64,000 nt of DNA, taken from NCBI GenBank assembly GCA_050251945.1, contig JBFWLW010000005.1, positions 170,068-234,067 of the forward strand, in the 5' to 3' direction. Below the pieces are notes generated by a model. The model was not told the DNA's origin, ran no database searches, and worked only from the letters and a program-made list of their open reading frames with translations. Positions within the stretch are counted from its first letter, which is position 1. Each line of letters opens with the position of its first letter. Positions 1 through 10,474 of this stretch are shown here, in pieces. The DNA is from Deferribacterales bacterium. GTDB lineage: Bacteria > Chrysiogenota > Deferribacteres > Deferribacterales > Geovibrionaceae. The translations under genes and the position numbers were made by a program.

Positions 1-973
1 AGACAACCTCAAGACCTTCCGGCATGAAGGCTGAAAGTTCATTTATTTTAGCTTTAACAAGTCTTGCAGTTTCAAGGGCGTTGGCTCCCGTGGCAAGGCT
101 CACAGCCATACCGGTGGCGGGCATCCCTTTGTATTTTGTCAAAAAGTCATAGCTTTGTACGCCGAGTTCAATTCTCGCAACGTCTTTCAGACGAACCTGT
201 GAGCCGTCGGTATTGACCTTAACGAGTATCTTTTCAAAATCCGCAACCGTTTTCAGTTTGGACTGAGCCGTAACTGTGGCGTTAAGCTGCTGACCTTTAA
301 CAGAGGGGGTACCGCCGAGCTGACCCGCGGAAACGTCCGCGTTCTGCGCTTCAATAGCTGAAGATATGTCCGATACGGACAGCTTGTAGTTGTTCAGCTT
401 GCTTGGGTCGAGCCAGATACGCATTGCATACTGCTGACCGAAGACCGTAAGGGTACCGACGCCCGGAACACGGCTTACGGGATCCGCAACCTTAGAGTTC
501 AGGTAGTCACCGATGGCGTTCTGATCTATCTTTCCGTCTTTGGAATAGAAACCTGCGACCAGAAGGAAACCTTTTGATGCTTTGGTGACCGTTACTCCCT
601 GTTCCTGAACTTCCTGCGGCAGTGTGGACATGGCGCTTTGCAGTTTATTCTGTACCTGAACCTGCGCGATATCGGGGTCTGCCTCCGGCTCGAACGTCAG
701 CGTAATTGTAACGTTACCTGTGGAGTCACTGGCAGATGAGAAATAACGCAGATAGTCGATACCTGTCATTTTCTGTTCGATGACCTGTGTGACACTGTTT
801 TCCAAAGCCTCTGCGGATGCGCCGGGATAATAGGCGCGTATCTCGACAGAAGGCGGTGCTATGCGGGGATACTGCTCAACGGGCAGCGTTTCAATCGCCA
901 GAATACCCCCAAGCATAATTACGATAGCTATCACCCATGCAAAGACTGGGCGGTCTATGAAGAATCTTGACAT
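1..973 (-). CDS. acrB: RND efflux transporter permease, AcrB/MexB family (5' part; runs off the window)
   Basis: Not in the ORF track. Hand translation from ATG at 973 gives MSRFFIDRPVFAWVIAIVIMLGGILAIETLPVEQYPRIAPP..., the typical HAE1 N-terminus. It lies directly downstream of the adaptor gene. Confidence 0.95.
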   Translation of the reverse strand, partial: MSRFFIDRPVFAWVIAIVIMLGGILAIETLPVEQYPRIAPPSVEIRAYYPGASAEALENSVTQVIEQKMTGIDYLRYFSSASDSTGNVTITLTFEPEADPDIAQVQVQNKLQSAMSTLPQEVQEQGVTVTKASKGFLLVAGFYSKDGKIDQNAIGDYLNSKVADPVSRVPGVGTLTVFGQQYAMRIWLDPSKLNNYKLSVSDISSAIEAQNADVSAGQLGGTPSVKGQQLNATVTAQSKLKTVADFEKILVKVNTDGSQVRLKDVARIELGVQSYDFLTKYKGMPATGMAVSLATGANALETARLVKAKINELSAFMPEGLEVV

Positions 974-984
974 CTATTTAATCC

Positions 985-2112
985 TTACTTCTTTTCATAG
1001 GGAACGGTTTTAACGGTTGCTCCGGCCTGAACTTTCATAAGTCCTTCCACCATTACAACGTCTCCCGCCGCAACACCGCTGTCAACCAGCCATTTGTCGC
1101 CCACAACGGAAGAAACTTTAACAGGTGCAGGATTCACCACACCGTTCTTGTCAACCTTGAAAATGATGGTGCTGCCGTCGGCGTTTCTTATAACTGCCTG
1201 CTGGGGGATAAGTATTGCGTTATCAACCTTTGACTGTACCAGTTTCGCATGTACGAAAAGTCCGGGGAGTATATCCATTTCCGGATTATCGAATATTGCG
1301 CGCAGTTGCACCATTCCTGTTGTTTCGTCAACGGTAACGTCGGAGAACTGAAGGTGTCCGAGAAGTCTGAACGTCTGTCCGCTCTCAAATATCAGCTCAA
1401 CCTGAGGCTTGCTTCCAAGGGTGTTTTTAAGGTTCATGACCTCTTCTGCAGACTGCGTAAGATCAACATAAACTCTGTCGAGCTGCTGAACGGTTGCAAG
1501 TGCAGTTTCCTGATTAGCTGTTACAAGAGCACCTTCGGTGACGGACGATTTACCTATGCGTCCGGAAACGGGTGAAAGCACTTTTGTATATTTAAGGTCT
1601 ATCTGCGCCTGTGTAACGGCTGCCTTTGCAACGGCGATATCCGCCTTTGCCTGAGCCAGAGACGCTGTTGCGTCGTCATAGTCCTGTTTGCTCACAGCAC
1701 CCGCTTTAACGAGTTCTGCGTATCTTTCAGCTTTCGCCTGAACAGACATAATGTTCGCTTCCGTTTTCTGCAGAGCGGCAACGGCGCTGTCATATGCCGC
1801 CTGATAAGGTGCGGGGTCTATCTGATAAAGCTGTTGTCCCTCTTTAACGTTGCCCCCTTCTGTGAACAGTCTTTTGATTATGATCCCTGATACCTGCGGG
1901 CGTATCTGTGCAACGCGGTATGCTGATGTCCTTCCCGGAAGCTCTTTGCTAACGGCGACTGTTTCAGGTGTTGCCGTTACAACGCTTATTTCTGTCGGGG
2001 GCATTGCTCCTGCCTGACCCTGCTGTCCGGCAGGTTTTTTTGTCATCCAGTACGCAGCGGCAATAACAACGATAGCCAATGCGGCAACGGCGAATAATAC
2101 CTTGTTTTTCAT
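985..2112 (-). CDS. acrA: RND efflux periplasmic adaptor (membrane fusion protein)
   Basis: Motifs ELPGRTSAYRVAQIRPQVSGII, QLYQIDPAPY and SPVSGRIGKS. N-terminal TM anchor. Start placed at ATG 2112, after a GAGG RBS. Confidence 0.93.
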   Translation of the reverse strand: MKNKVLFAVAALAIVVIAAAYWMTKKPAGQQGQAGAMPPTEISVVTATPETVAVSKELPGRTSAYRVAQIRPQVSGIIIKRLFTEGGNVKEGQQLYQIDPAPYQAAYDSAVAALQKTEANIMSVQAKAERYAELVKAGAVSKQDYDDATASLAQAKADIAVAKAAVTQAQIDLKYTKVLSPVSGRIGKSSVTEGALVTANQETALATVQQLDRVYVDLTQSAEEVMNLKNTLGSKPQVELIFESGQTFRLLGHLQFSDVTVDETTGMVQLRAIFDNPEMDILPGLFVHAKLVQSKVDNAILIPQQAVIRNADGSTIIFKVDKNGVVNPAPVKVSSVVGDKWLVDSGVAAGDVVMVEGLMKVQAGATVKTVPYEKK

Positions 2113-2136
2113 CGCTTTTTTCCTCAAAAATCAGAT

Positions 2137-2724
2137 TTATTCTACAATCAGGAGCTTTTTAAGCAGCCTGATAACGTCCTCTTTCTTCTTTTCCATGTCA
2201 TAGTTTTCTATACCCTGACACATTACAGACCTGAAAGTGCCCATAATAGTTCCCCATATCATTTCCGCAAGAACAATCGGGTCGGCGTCAACTATCTGCC
2301 CCATGTCAATTCCCCGCTTTATGGTTTTTGCAAGCGGGTCAATGATTATTTCGTTCTTTTCGATGATATCTTCCTCCACAGTGCGGTATTTCTGCATGAA
2401 CATGTAATATTTGTTCACGCGGTCAAACGCCTGAAAAGTGTAATCCAGAAATTCGCAGAGACTGTCCATAGGGTCTCTGTCCTCCCTGAACAGACGCATT
2501 TTTTCCTCTGTGAAGGGGCCTATGAATTCATTATGAACATAATGGAAAAGCTCCTCCTTATTGGCAAAATAATTGTAAAGAGTTCCCTTTGCCACACCGG
2601 AGTGCTTTGCCACCACTTCCATTGTAATGGGCGCGTCTTTGTCGATGAGAGACAGCACGGCCGAAACTATCTCCTTTTTCATCATCTCGTCCATCATCTT
2701 TTTTTTCTTTGAAATGGTATTCAC
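2137..2724 (-). CDS. TetR/AcrR family transcriptional regulator
   Basis: HTH motif TMEVVAKHSGVAKGTLYNYFANKEEL. First gene of the efflux operon. Probable GTG start at 2724 with GGAG upstream. Confidence 0.9.
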   Translation of the reverse strand: MNTISKKKKMMDEMMKKEIVSAVLSLIDKDAPITMEVVAKHSGVAKGTLYNYFANKEELFHYVHNEFIGPFTEEKMRLFREDRDPMDSLCEFLDYTFQAFDRVNKYYMFMQKYRTVEEDIIEKNEIIIDPLAKTIKRGIDMGQIVDADPIVLAEMIWGTIMGTFRSVMCQGIENYDMEKKKEDVIRLLKKLLIVE

Positions 2725-2764
2725 TTTTTCTCCGTTAAACAATTGTTTGGGATTAATTGGTCAA

Positions 2765-2793
2765 CAATATGACCGAACGGTCATTTAGTCAAT
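2765..2793 (-). promoter_or_regulatory. sigma70 promoter of tetR-acrAB with a palindromic operator in the spacer
   Basis: Minus strand TTGACT-17 nt-TATTGT. The perfect inverted repeat ATGACCG-AA-CGGTCAT (2769-2784) covers the spacer, as expected for TetR autorepression. Confidence 0.75.
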
Positions 2794-2884
2794 ACATAAC
2801 TTTGTGTATTTTTGTCTGGAATCTTATTTACATTGATAATTAAGAAAAATAATTTATAATGACTAAAAAAACAGGAGAAAACCT

Positions 2885-3121
2885 ATGATAGGTTTCGGTC
2901 TTGTCACTCTCGCTTTTATGATCTTCGGGCTTGCCGCCGCAGTGCTGTTTATATGGACCATAGTTGATATCATCCGTTCCGATTTTAAAGACGGCGCAAC
3001 CAAGATAGTTTGGATAATCGCTGTTATAGCCTTCAATTTTCTCGCAATAATAATATACCTGATTTTCGGGAAAGAAACAAAGGTGAAACCGCAAAAATCA
3101 TCAAATCCGATGGTTGACTGA
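2885..3121 (+). CDS. small membrane protein, PLDc N-terminal domain-like
   Basis: AGGAG RBS. Two TM helices with the pattern WTIVDIIRSDF...KIVWIIAVI...IIYLIFG. Confidence 0.8.
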   Translation: MIGFGLVTLAFMIFGLAAAVLFIWTIVDIIRSDFKDGATKIVWIIAVIAFNFLAIIIYLIFGKETKVKPQKSSNPMVD

Positions 3122-3243
3122 TTAACCTCGGAACATGAATGTGCCTTTTTCACAATTGCTCATTATCGTGGTGGTTTGCAGTTGACAATTTCTTGTTGCG
3201 GTGGTTTTATTGTTTAACATTTATTAAAATATAGGTTTATCCG

Positions 3244-6200
3244 ATGCACAGGTCTCTTTCGGGAAAGTGGCTTTTTGCGAGTCTCTTTCTTCTTTTTTTG
3301 ATTGATATAATATTTGTGTGTTTCAGTTATTTCACCTCAAAGGACGGACTTCTGAGGGAGACAGGAAACGAGACCGTATCTGCTGAACAGATGTTTACTT
3401 CCAGTATGGAATTCTCCGCAAGATATATGCAGGAGATAGCCACATTCATAGCATCCGACAGTAAAACTCAGGAACTTTTCTATAAAGGTGTGAAGGCGGC
3501 ACAGTCCGGCGACACAGATCTTGAAAATAAATGCCGCGAACAGCTTTACGACCATCTGAAAGATGGCTGGAACCAGCTTCACGGTATTTACGGAATAACA
3601 CAGATTCATTTTTTTCTCCCCGACGGTGCAACTTCTTTTCTCCGTATGCACAAGCCGGGTAATTTCGGCGACGATCTGCACCACGTCCGTTTTTCAATCG
3701 TTGACGCCAACAGCACGAAAAGCAAAAAAATGGGGTTCGAGGTCGGTCGTGTTGAAGCCGGCATACGCGGCGTAATTCCTTTCTTCTACGCTGAGGCTGG
3801 GAAAGAGCCGGAGCATATCGGTGCAATAGAGGTATGTTCCTCCTTTGACACCATACTTCGGACTCTGAAAAACTCTCTGTCCGCAGATCTGGCGGTGTAT
3901 CTTTCAACGGAAAAACTCAGGCAAACTATGTGGCAGTACCAGTATATAAAAAAACTCAACGAGGCTTCGCCCGTTAACGGCTATATAGCTGAAGACGCTT
4001 CCACCAGCATCGTTCAGGACGAGATAGAGAAGAACCATGACTTCGACATATTCAAACGGAGCCGTCCGCGTATCATAGAAGATGGCGGAAAGGTCTATTA
4101 TCTCAGTTCGTTTCCTTTTTATGATTATGTGACCATTCGGGACAAAAAGCACGAACCTGTCGGCTATGTGGTTATAAGAAAGGATATAACCGCCCTATAT
4201 GCGAAATTCAGACAGAACAACAACATGATGATAGCCTATGCCGCGGCGGCGTATGTGATAGTGGTTCTTTGCGGTTATGCGGCATGGAGATACGGTTCGC
4301 GGATGTTTATGGACATCATCAACCAGCGGACAGACGAGCTTATCGCTGCAAAGGTTGAGGCGGAACTTGCAAACAGGGCAAAGAGCGAATTTCTTGCGAA
4401 TATGAGTCACGAGATACGCACTCCTATGAACGGCATTTTAGGTATATCAGACATAATAATGAAGCAGGATATACCGGAAAAGATACGCGGACAGGTTGAT
4501 ATACTTAAAAGGTCTGGCAGGATGCTTCTGGGCATAGTCAATAATATTCTCGATTTTTCAAAGATAGAGGCGGGCAAGATGCATGTCAGCAAAGAACCCG
4601 TGTGTGTGCGCGATGAAGTGAGCGGTATAATCAATATGCTAAGCGTCAGCGTGTACGGCAAGGAATTGGAGCTGATTGTCGATTATGAGGACAACATGCC
4701 GGAGCGCATCATATCCGACAGAATGTGGTTCGGACAGATACTTGTGAATCTTATCGGCAACTCGCTTAAATTCACCGAAAGAGGCAGTATCGTTCTTCAG
4801 GTCAGCTATTCACCGGACACGTCTTCGATAGTGTTCCGTATCAGCGACACCGGCATAGGTATTCCGGAGGATAAGGCGTCGGAACTTTTTAAGCCGTTCT
4901 CACAGGCGGGGATATCAACCGGAAAATACGGAGGCACCGGACTGGGACTGTCGATCTGTAAATCTGTGGTGGACGAGCTTGACGGTGAAATAGGTTTTTA
5001 TAACAATGAAGACGCCGGATGTACCTTCTGGTTCACTCAGCCTGTGGACAGAGCATCGAATATCGTAAGCGTCCGCCGTGATCTTTCGGACATTTCATTC
5101 CAGATAATGGTCAGAGACCCGAAACTGGAGAAGTGGATAATAAGCTGTCTTGTGGACTGCGGAGCATTATATAAAGGGTCTTATCTCAAAGATCCGGTTA
5201 ATCGAGAAACGCCGGAATTTGTCATAATAGCGGATGCGGATCTGTTTTTTAATACGGAGCTGAACGGGCGGCACAGTGGATTTCACACAGGCAGTATCCG
5301 TTATATCCTTCTGGAGAAGGGCGCGGATTCGTCGCTTCCTTTTGAAAACATAGATTATATGCGGTTTTCCGTGCTGGCAAAACCTATGGACGACGAACGG
5401 CTCATCTCCGAAACGCTGGAGTTCAGGGCTGAAGGCAGCAGCAGGGAGAAACGCAGCGAATATGATAATATTTTCAACGGCTATCGTGTTCTTGTGGCAG
5501 AGGACAACGAGATAAACCGTCAGGTCATCTCCATATACCTGAAAATATGGGGGTGTGAGTTTGTCATGACTGATAACGGAAAACAGGCTGTGGATATCGC
5601 CGTTAACGGCGGGTTCGACCTCATAATTATGGATTGTCTGATGCCTGTTATGGACGGATATCAGGCGACGGAAGTGATACGCAACATCGAACGGGCGAAA
5701 AAATCGCACCGCGTCCCCATAATAGCCATGACCGCCAACGCCATGCAAGGCGACAGGGAAATGTGTATCAACGCGGGAATGGACGGGTATATCAGCAAAC
5801 CATTCAAAGAGGACGAGGCTGTTGAAGAACTCGGAAAGTGGATAACGCCTCTGATGCCGACGCGAAAGGAAGCGGAAAAAGAGAAGCACGCGGACACCGC
5901 GTCGTTTGACAGGGGAACGTTTGATAAACTTTTCTCCATGCTGGGGGGGAATTTAACGCTTACGCAGGAGTTTGTGACTACCTATCTGCACACCAGCGAA
6001 CAATATATCAAAGATGTCATTTCGGCTGTTCAGGCAAAGGACAGCAATCTTATGCTGATGTCTGTTCATTCGCTTAAATCCAGCAGCGCTTCAATGGGCT
6101 GTCTGCGTCTGTCGCGGCTTTGCGGCGATGCGCAGGATATGCTGAAAAACTCGGATAAATTCATTGGAAGCGAACTGGCAAAGCTGATAATTGAAGAGTA

Positions 6201-6267
6201 TAAGCAGTCGTCAGAGCTTCTGGAGGAATATTTTAAAGAGATTCAGGATGCATCCTCCGGCTCATAG
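3244..6267 (+). CDS. hybrid sensor histidine kinase (periplasmic Cache-like domain, HisKA, HATPase, receiver, Hpt)
   Basis: H-box [16 protein letters not shown]-box [15 protein letters not shown]-box [12 protein letters not shown] motif [12 protein letters not shown], Hpt motif VHSLKSSS. Confidence 0.93.
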   Translation: MHRSLSGKWLFASLFLLFLIDIIFVCFSYFTSKDGLLRETGNETVSAEQMFTSSMEFSARYMQEIATFIASDSKTQELFYKGVKAAQSGDTDLENKCREQLYDHLKDGWNQLHGIYGITQIHFFLPDGATSFLRMHKPGNFGDDLHHVRFSIVDANSTKSKKMGFEVGRVEAGIRGVIPFFYAEAGKEPEHIGAIEVCSSFDTILRTLKNSLSADLAVYLSTEKLRQTMWQYQYIKKLNEASPVNGYIAEDASTSIVQDEIEKNHDFDIFKRSRPRIIEDGGKVYYLSSFPFYDYVTIRDKKHEPVGYVVIRKDITALYAKFRQNNNMMIAYAAAAYVIVVLCGYAAWRYGSRMFMDIINQRTDELIAAKVEAELANRAKSEFLANMSHEIRTPMNGILGISDIIMKQDIPEKIRGQVDILKRSGRMLLGIVNNILDFSKIEAGKMHVSKEPVCVRDEVSGIINMLSVSVYGKELELIVDYEDNMPERIISDRMWFGQILVNLIGNSLKFTERGSIVLQVSYSPDTSSIVFRISDTGIGIPEDKASELFKPFSQAGISTGKYGGTGLGLSICKSVVDELDGEIGFYNNEDAGCTFWFTQPVDRASNIVSVRRDLSDISFQIMVRDPKLEKWIISCLVDCGALYKGSYLKDPVNRETPEFVIIADADLFFNTELNGRHSGFHTGSIRYILLEKGADSSLPFENIDYMRFSVLAKPMDDERLISETLEFRAEGSSREKRSEYDNIFNGYRVLVAEDNEINRQVISIYLKIWGCEFVMTDNGKQAVDIAVNGGFDLIIMDCLMPVMDGYQATEVIRNIERAKKSHRVPIIAMTANAMQGDREMCINAGMDGYISKPFKEDEAVEELGKWITPLMPTRKEAEKEKHADTASFDRGTFDKLFSMLGGNLTLTQEFVTTYLHTSEQYIKDVISAVQAKDSNLMLMSVHSLKSSSASMGCLRLSRLCGDAQDMLKNSDKFIGSELAKLIIEEYKQSSELLEEYFKEIQDASSGS

Positions 6268-8606
6268 ATGCACGTTGAGTTGCGCCCTTTCTCTTTCGCT
6301 TTTGAAAGTGCTTCTTCCGCGTTTTTCATAAGGGTTATCTCATTGCTGCCGTGTTCGGGGAATATAACGGCTCCGATGCTCACTGTTATGCTGAGATCGT
6401 ACCCTTCGACATAGAAGGGTTCTTCAAAGAGAGTCCTTATCTTTTCCGCTTTTTCAAACAGGTCGTTTCTGTCTGATATCCTCGGCAGAAGTATTGCAAA
6501 TTCGTCTCCCGCAACCCTGCTGACGGAATTTTCCGCCGCCTGTTTCATTCTGTCCGCGGCGTTTTTAAGCACTATGTCACCGGCGCTGAATCCGAATGAC
6601 GAGTTTATTCTTTTAAAGCCGTCCATGCCCGCAATGAGCAGCGCGCCCGATGCATCTACAAGTTTTGCCGCCTCTATTTCGTCTTCCAGTCTGGCTGTAA
6701 AGAATTCGCGTTTAGGCAGTCCGGTTATGTTGTCGAATTTTTTCATCTCCGCGATGCTTGACTCAAACTGCTTGCGCTGGCTTATATCTCTCGTGACACC
6801 GATAAGTCCTATAAACTCGTTTTTTTCATTATACATCCCCGTGACGTTCACATCCGACCAGATGGTGGAACCGTTTTTGCACGGCTGTTCCAGATCGGCA
6901 CGGAATCCGGGGAAGGGCAAATCGTTCGCAAGACATTCCCTCAGAAGCCTCAGTCCCTCCGTCACAATCATCTGCGATTCGGGCATCAGAACTTTTTCCA
7001 GCGGCTGCTCCATTACCTCTTCGGGGGTGTATCCGCGCGCCTTTTTTACGGACGGGCTTATATATGTGAATTTACCGTTCAGATCCATTGTCCAGATAAC
7101 GTCAAGGCTGTTGTCTGCCAGCAGTCTGTGGCGCTCCTCGCTTATGCGGAGCTGGTCTCTGGTTACCTTGTTTTCAGTTATGTCAATGGCTGTTCCTATT
7201 ACGTACATTTCGCCGTTATACGTTATTGTTCTGCCTGAATGGTCTATCCACCTGACCTCTCCGTTTTTTTTGCGTATTTTCATTTCATATCTGTCGGGTA
7301 CGTTTTCGCCCCTTGCCCTTGCACGGGTTCTCTCTTTGGCTATTTCTCTGAAATCGGGGTGGACGAACTCAAATTCATCCATCTGTAAAAGTTCCTCTTT
7401 GGAGTATCCCGTAAGCTCGCTTATTGCTTTATTTGCCGTGATTATCCTTGAACCTTTAAGCATATAGATGGCTGCGGTGGCGTTTTCAACAAGTGTGAGG
7501 TATTGTTCCTGAGCCTCTGTCAGTTCGTTCTTTATCTTTTCGTCCGCGTTCCGTGTCATTTTCATTTTTCTGAACAGCATATAAATATAGATGAGAAGCC
7601 CTGCGGCAATGATTACAAGCCCTGCGATAATGAAGACGTTAAAGAGCGGCAGGTTCTCCTTTTTTTCGGGTTCATAGAGGAAGCCTTTAAAGCTGAAATC
7701 ATGATCCAGCATACCGAGGCTTTTATAAACGTTTGCGATATGCTGCCAGCGTCCGGGGTTCATATATCCTATCTCAATAAGTTCCGGCTTGAGCATTTCG
7801 TCCATTTCTATTGCTTCGTGGAGATAAAAGTCTTTCGGATGTTTGGAGGAATATTTGTTGTAGATGATGTCCACGACCTCTTCCTTGTGCGTCATGGCGT
7901 AATACCAGCCTTTAAGGGACGCGCGGCGGAAAGCTTCCACAGTGTCGGAGTTGTTCTTTATCATGTATTCAGAAGTGAACAGGTTGTCTCCGTAAAAATC
8001 TATTCCTGCGGCTCTGGGGTCGAACACCTGATAGGGTATATTCTCTTTTTCCAGATAATAAGTTTCGTTCGTAACATATGCGGAGATGGCATCGACACGA
8101 TGGTCAATGAGGTCGCGGACTTCAAAGCTGTGCGGGATGAATCTGATGTCCTTAGGCGATATCTTTTCGCTTTGAAGATAGGCAAGAAGCTCTTCGGACT
8201 GTCTTTCAAACATGACCTTTTTGCCGACAAGATCGTGTATGGTCTTAACTCTGTTATTTTCCTGCAATGCCAGTATCACAAGGGGGGAGTGCTGAAATAT
8301 CACGGCGAGAACGACTACGGGCTGATTGTTCTGTCTTTCCAGCAGCAGACTGTTCGTGCCGACGCCGAACTGAGCTTTTCCGCTCAGCACTTCGCCTATG
8401 ACGTCGGATTCCGGCTGCGCTTCTTTGATGGTTACGTCAAGCCCTGCGTCGCTGTAAAATCCCTTCTCTTTTGCCGCGTAATATCCGGCAAACTGGAATG
8501 CATGCGTCCATTTAAGCTGAAGGGTGATCTTCTGCTTTTCCTGCGCGCATACCGGAAAGACGGATATGATTGACAGCAATACCCCTAAAATAACTGATCT
8601 GACCAA
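6243..8606 (-). CDS. NMT1/THI5-like periplasmic sensor + two PAS domains + GGDEF-domain protein
   Basis: Signal peptide, [17 protein letters not shown] (NMT1-type binding domain), one TM, two PAS/PAC domains, and a C-terminal GGDEF domain with the variant site RVAGDEF. Confidence 0.88.
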   Translation of the reverse strand: MVRSVILGVLLSIISVFPVCAQEKQKITLQLKWTHAFQFAGYYAAKEKGFYSDAGLDVTIKEAQPESDVIGEVLSGKAQFGVGTNSLLLERQNNQPVVVLAVIFQHSPLVILALQENNRVKTIHDLVGKKVMFERQSEELLAYLQSEKISPKDIRFIPHSFEVRDLIDHRVDAISAYVTNETYYLEKENIPYQVFDPRAAGIDFYGDNLFTSEYMIKNNSDTVEAFRRASLKGWYYAMTHKEEVVDIIYNKYSSKHPKDFYLHEAIEMDEMLKPELIEIGYMNPGRWQHIANVYKSLGMLDHDFSFKGFLYEPEKKENLPLFNVFIIAGLVIIAAGLLIYIYMLFRKMKMTRNADEKIKNELTEAQEQYLTLVENATAAIYMLKGSRIITANKAISELTGYSKEELLQMDEFEFVHPDFREIAKERTRARARGENVPDRYEMKIRKKNGEVRWIDHSGRTITYNGEMYVIGTAIDITENKVTRDQLRISEERHRLLADNSLDVIWTMDLNGKFTYISPSVKKARGYTPEEVMEQPLEKVLMPESQMIVTEGLRLLRECLANDLPFPGFRADLEQPCKNGSTIWSDVNVTGMYNEKNEFIGLIGVTRDISQRKQFESSIAEMKKFDNITGLPKREFFTARLEDEIEAAKLVDASGALLIAGMDGFKRINSSFGFSAGDIVLKNAADRMKQAAENSVSRVAGDEFAILLPRISDRNDLFEKAEKIRTLFEEPFYVEGYDLSITVSIGAVIFPEHGSNEITLMKNAEEALSKAKEKGRNSTCIYEPEDAS

Positions 8607-8659
8607 ATGAAACTCCGATAGATGAAAATATCTACTTATATTCTAGCAGATTACTAAAA

Positions 8660-9676
8660 CTATAGTTGGAAAAATTTCTTCATATCCATAGAAATTTTTT
8701 CACCTGCCCGGAGCATTGTGCGAAGCTGCATAAGTTTTGCATCGACAGCCTGCAGAACCTCAAGCCCTGCCAGTTCATCTTTATCCGTTTCAATGATCGT
8801 TTTAACGCCGCCGTTGTGAATGGCGAGCCTTCTGTTGCCCAACAGTGCCAGTATGGGGTCGTGGGTGGACATCAGAACTATTTTTTCTTTTTTAACAAGC
8901 AGTTCAAGCGCTTTTCGCCTGTCCACACCGGCGTTCTCTATCTCGTCGATAAGCACTATAGGGGATGAACTGAGCATTGCCGTATCCGCTATCATAAGCG
9001 CTCTTGACTGACCGCCTGAAAGCTGTGTCAGAGCTGTTTCGTATGTGAAGGTTTCCCCTGCAAGTTCGTTTGCGCAGGTTATCACGGCTTCCACTGTGGC
9101 TTCGATGTCGGGTATCATGCGGCTTGATGCGTGCAGGGCGATGAACTCGCCGACACTCATGTCCACAACGAAGTTCATGTTCTGAGAAAGCTGTGCTACC
9201 AGCTTGTTTTCCAGACGGAACCTGTTTTCGCCGTCCAGTATCTTTCCGTTAACCATAACGGTTCGTTCCGTGGGTGTGTCTTTCTGTGCGAAACACTCAA
9301 TGTCTGCCAGCAGACGGCTCTTGCCTGAACCGGTGGTTCCGACGATGCAGAGTATGTCGCCGGGTTTCAGTGTCAGTTCAAAGTTTTCCGGTGTGCCGGA
9401 TTTGTCCTTTCCGCCTATGATTGTGACGCTGTGAACGGAACGTTCCGCGGTGCTTTTCAGCATTGCCGCCTGTTTCAGAAACTCTATAAAGTGGGATGAT
9501 ATCTGCTCTTTCGAGAATCCTTTGTCTTCAAGTGTTTCTTCGTTCAGCGCGTCAATTATCTCTCTGGGGGTAAGCGCGCTGTCCGCAACGGATACGCCCA
9601 CGGAGCGGAAATAGTCCATAGCATAGGGGTGTTCTTCCGTTATCACCGCTATGGGGGTGTTCATCAGTTCTGTCAT
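8660..9676 (-). CDS. ABC-type ATPase with an N-terminal DUF1858/ScdA-N-like extension
   Basis: Walker A GTTGSGKS, signature LSGGQ, Walker B VLIDE, H-loop STHD. ATGA overlap with the upstream GTPase gene. Confidence 0.85.
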   Translation of the reverse strand: MTELMNTPIAVITEEHPYAMDYFRSVGVSVADSALTPREIIDALNEETLEDKGFSKEQISSHFIEFLKQAAMLKSTAERSVHSVTIIGGKDKSGTPENFELTLKPGDILCIVGTTGSGKSRLLADIECFAQKDTPTERTVMVNGKILDGENRFRLENKLVAQLSQNMNFVVDMSVGEFIALHASSRMIPDIEATVEAVITCANELAGETFTYETALTQLSGGQSRALMIADTAMLSSSPIVLIDEIENAGVDRRKALELLVKKEKIVLMSTHDPILALLGNRRLAIHNGGVKTIIETDKDELAGLEVLQAVDAKLMQLRTMLRAGEKISMDMKKFFQL

Positions 9677-10380
9677 ACCGCTGCCTCTTCTTCCTCTTTG
9701 AATACCATTTTTTTCACGTTGCCCTTCTGGTGGTCGGTACCGATGGTCATTTCGCCCACGCAGTAGGGGCAGATGGCGGCTGGCATTGAGAAGCGGAGTT
9801 TCGCGCCTTCAAGGCTTTCGACATCCGAAGCCTTTGAAAAAGCATGTGACAGGTCATATGCGCCCTGTCCTGTGATGCCGTTAACAAATATAACGGATGC
9901 TTTCGGGTTTGCCTGACGCACGCGGAAAGAGAAAACTTCCCGTTCCGCCTGTGAAACTATGTCGCCCTTTGTTATGGCAACCGTGTCGGCATAGCGGAGC
10001 ATGGGTCCTATTTTTTTGGGTGTGTCAGCTCCTGCGAGGCAGTCAATCACGCAGACAGCAGGTATCTCTTTTATGTGGGGACTGCATCTGTTGCACAGTC
10101 CTGCGCTTTCACTTATGAGCATGTCGAATCCTTTGCGCTTTGCCCATTGGAGACAGTCGTCAATGTTGCTGACAAAATAGTGGTCGGGGCAGAGGTTGCC
10201 CGACAGACCTGTTACGACGGATATTCCCGCTTTTTTGTAAAGCAGGTGATCGGACGTTGAAAGACAGTCGAATTTCACCACGCCTATTCTGGAATACATC
10301 TTTTTAAGATGTACGGCGGTCTTTATTATTACGGCGGTTTTGCCCGCGGAGGGCGGTCCCGCAACTGTTACAAGTTTCAT
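9673..10380 (-). CDS. HypB/UreG/CobW-type (G3E) GTPase, putative metallochaperone
   Basis: P-loop GPPSAGKT, LCPDH, ESAGLCNRCSP, TKGD and C-terminal CPYC. Start at ATG 10380 with a GAGG RBS. Confidence 0.85.
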   Translation of the reverse strand: MKLVTVAGPPSAGKTAVIIKTAVHLKKMYSRIGVVKFDCLSTSDHLLYKKAGISVVTGLSGNLCPDHYFVSNIDDCLQWAKRKGFDMLISESAGLCNRCSPHIKEIPAVCVIDCLAGADTPKKIGPMLRYADTVAITKGDIVSQAEREVFSFRVRQANPKASVIFVNGITGQGAYDLSHAFSKASDVESLEGAKLRFSMPAAICPYCVGEMTIGTDHQKGNVKKMVFKEEEEAAV

Positions 10381-10394
10381 TAATTTCCTCAATG

Positions 10395-10471
10395 AGATTG
10401 CCTCACCATTTCATGGTTCGCAAAGACAGACAGACGTCTCCGCGGGGAAGCGCCAGCTTCAGAAGCAGTCT
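10395..10471. repeat. REP-like palindromic repeat pair (divergent dimer)
   Basis: Reverse unit 10395-10428 (TGTCTTTGCGAACCATGAAATGGTGAGGCAATCT) and forward unit 10435-10471 (CGTCTCCGCGGGG...GAAGCAGTCT). Confidence 0.8.
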
Positions 10472-10474
10472 GTT

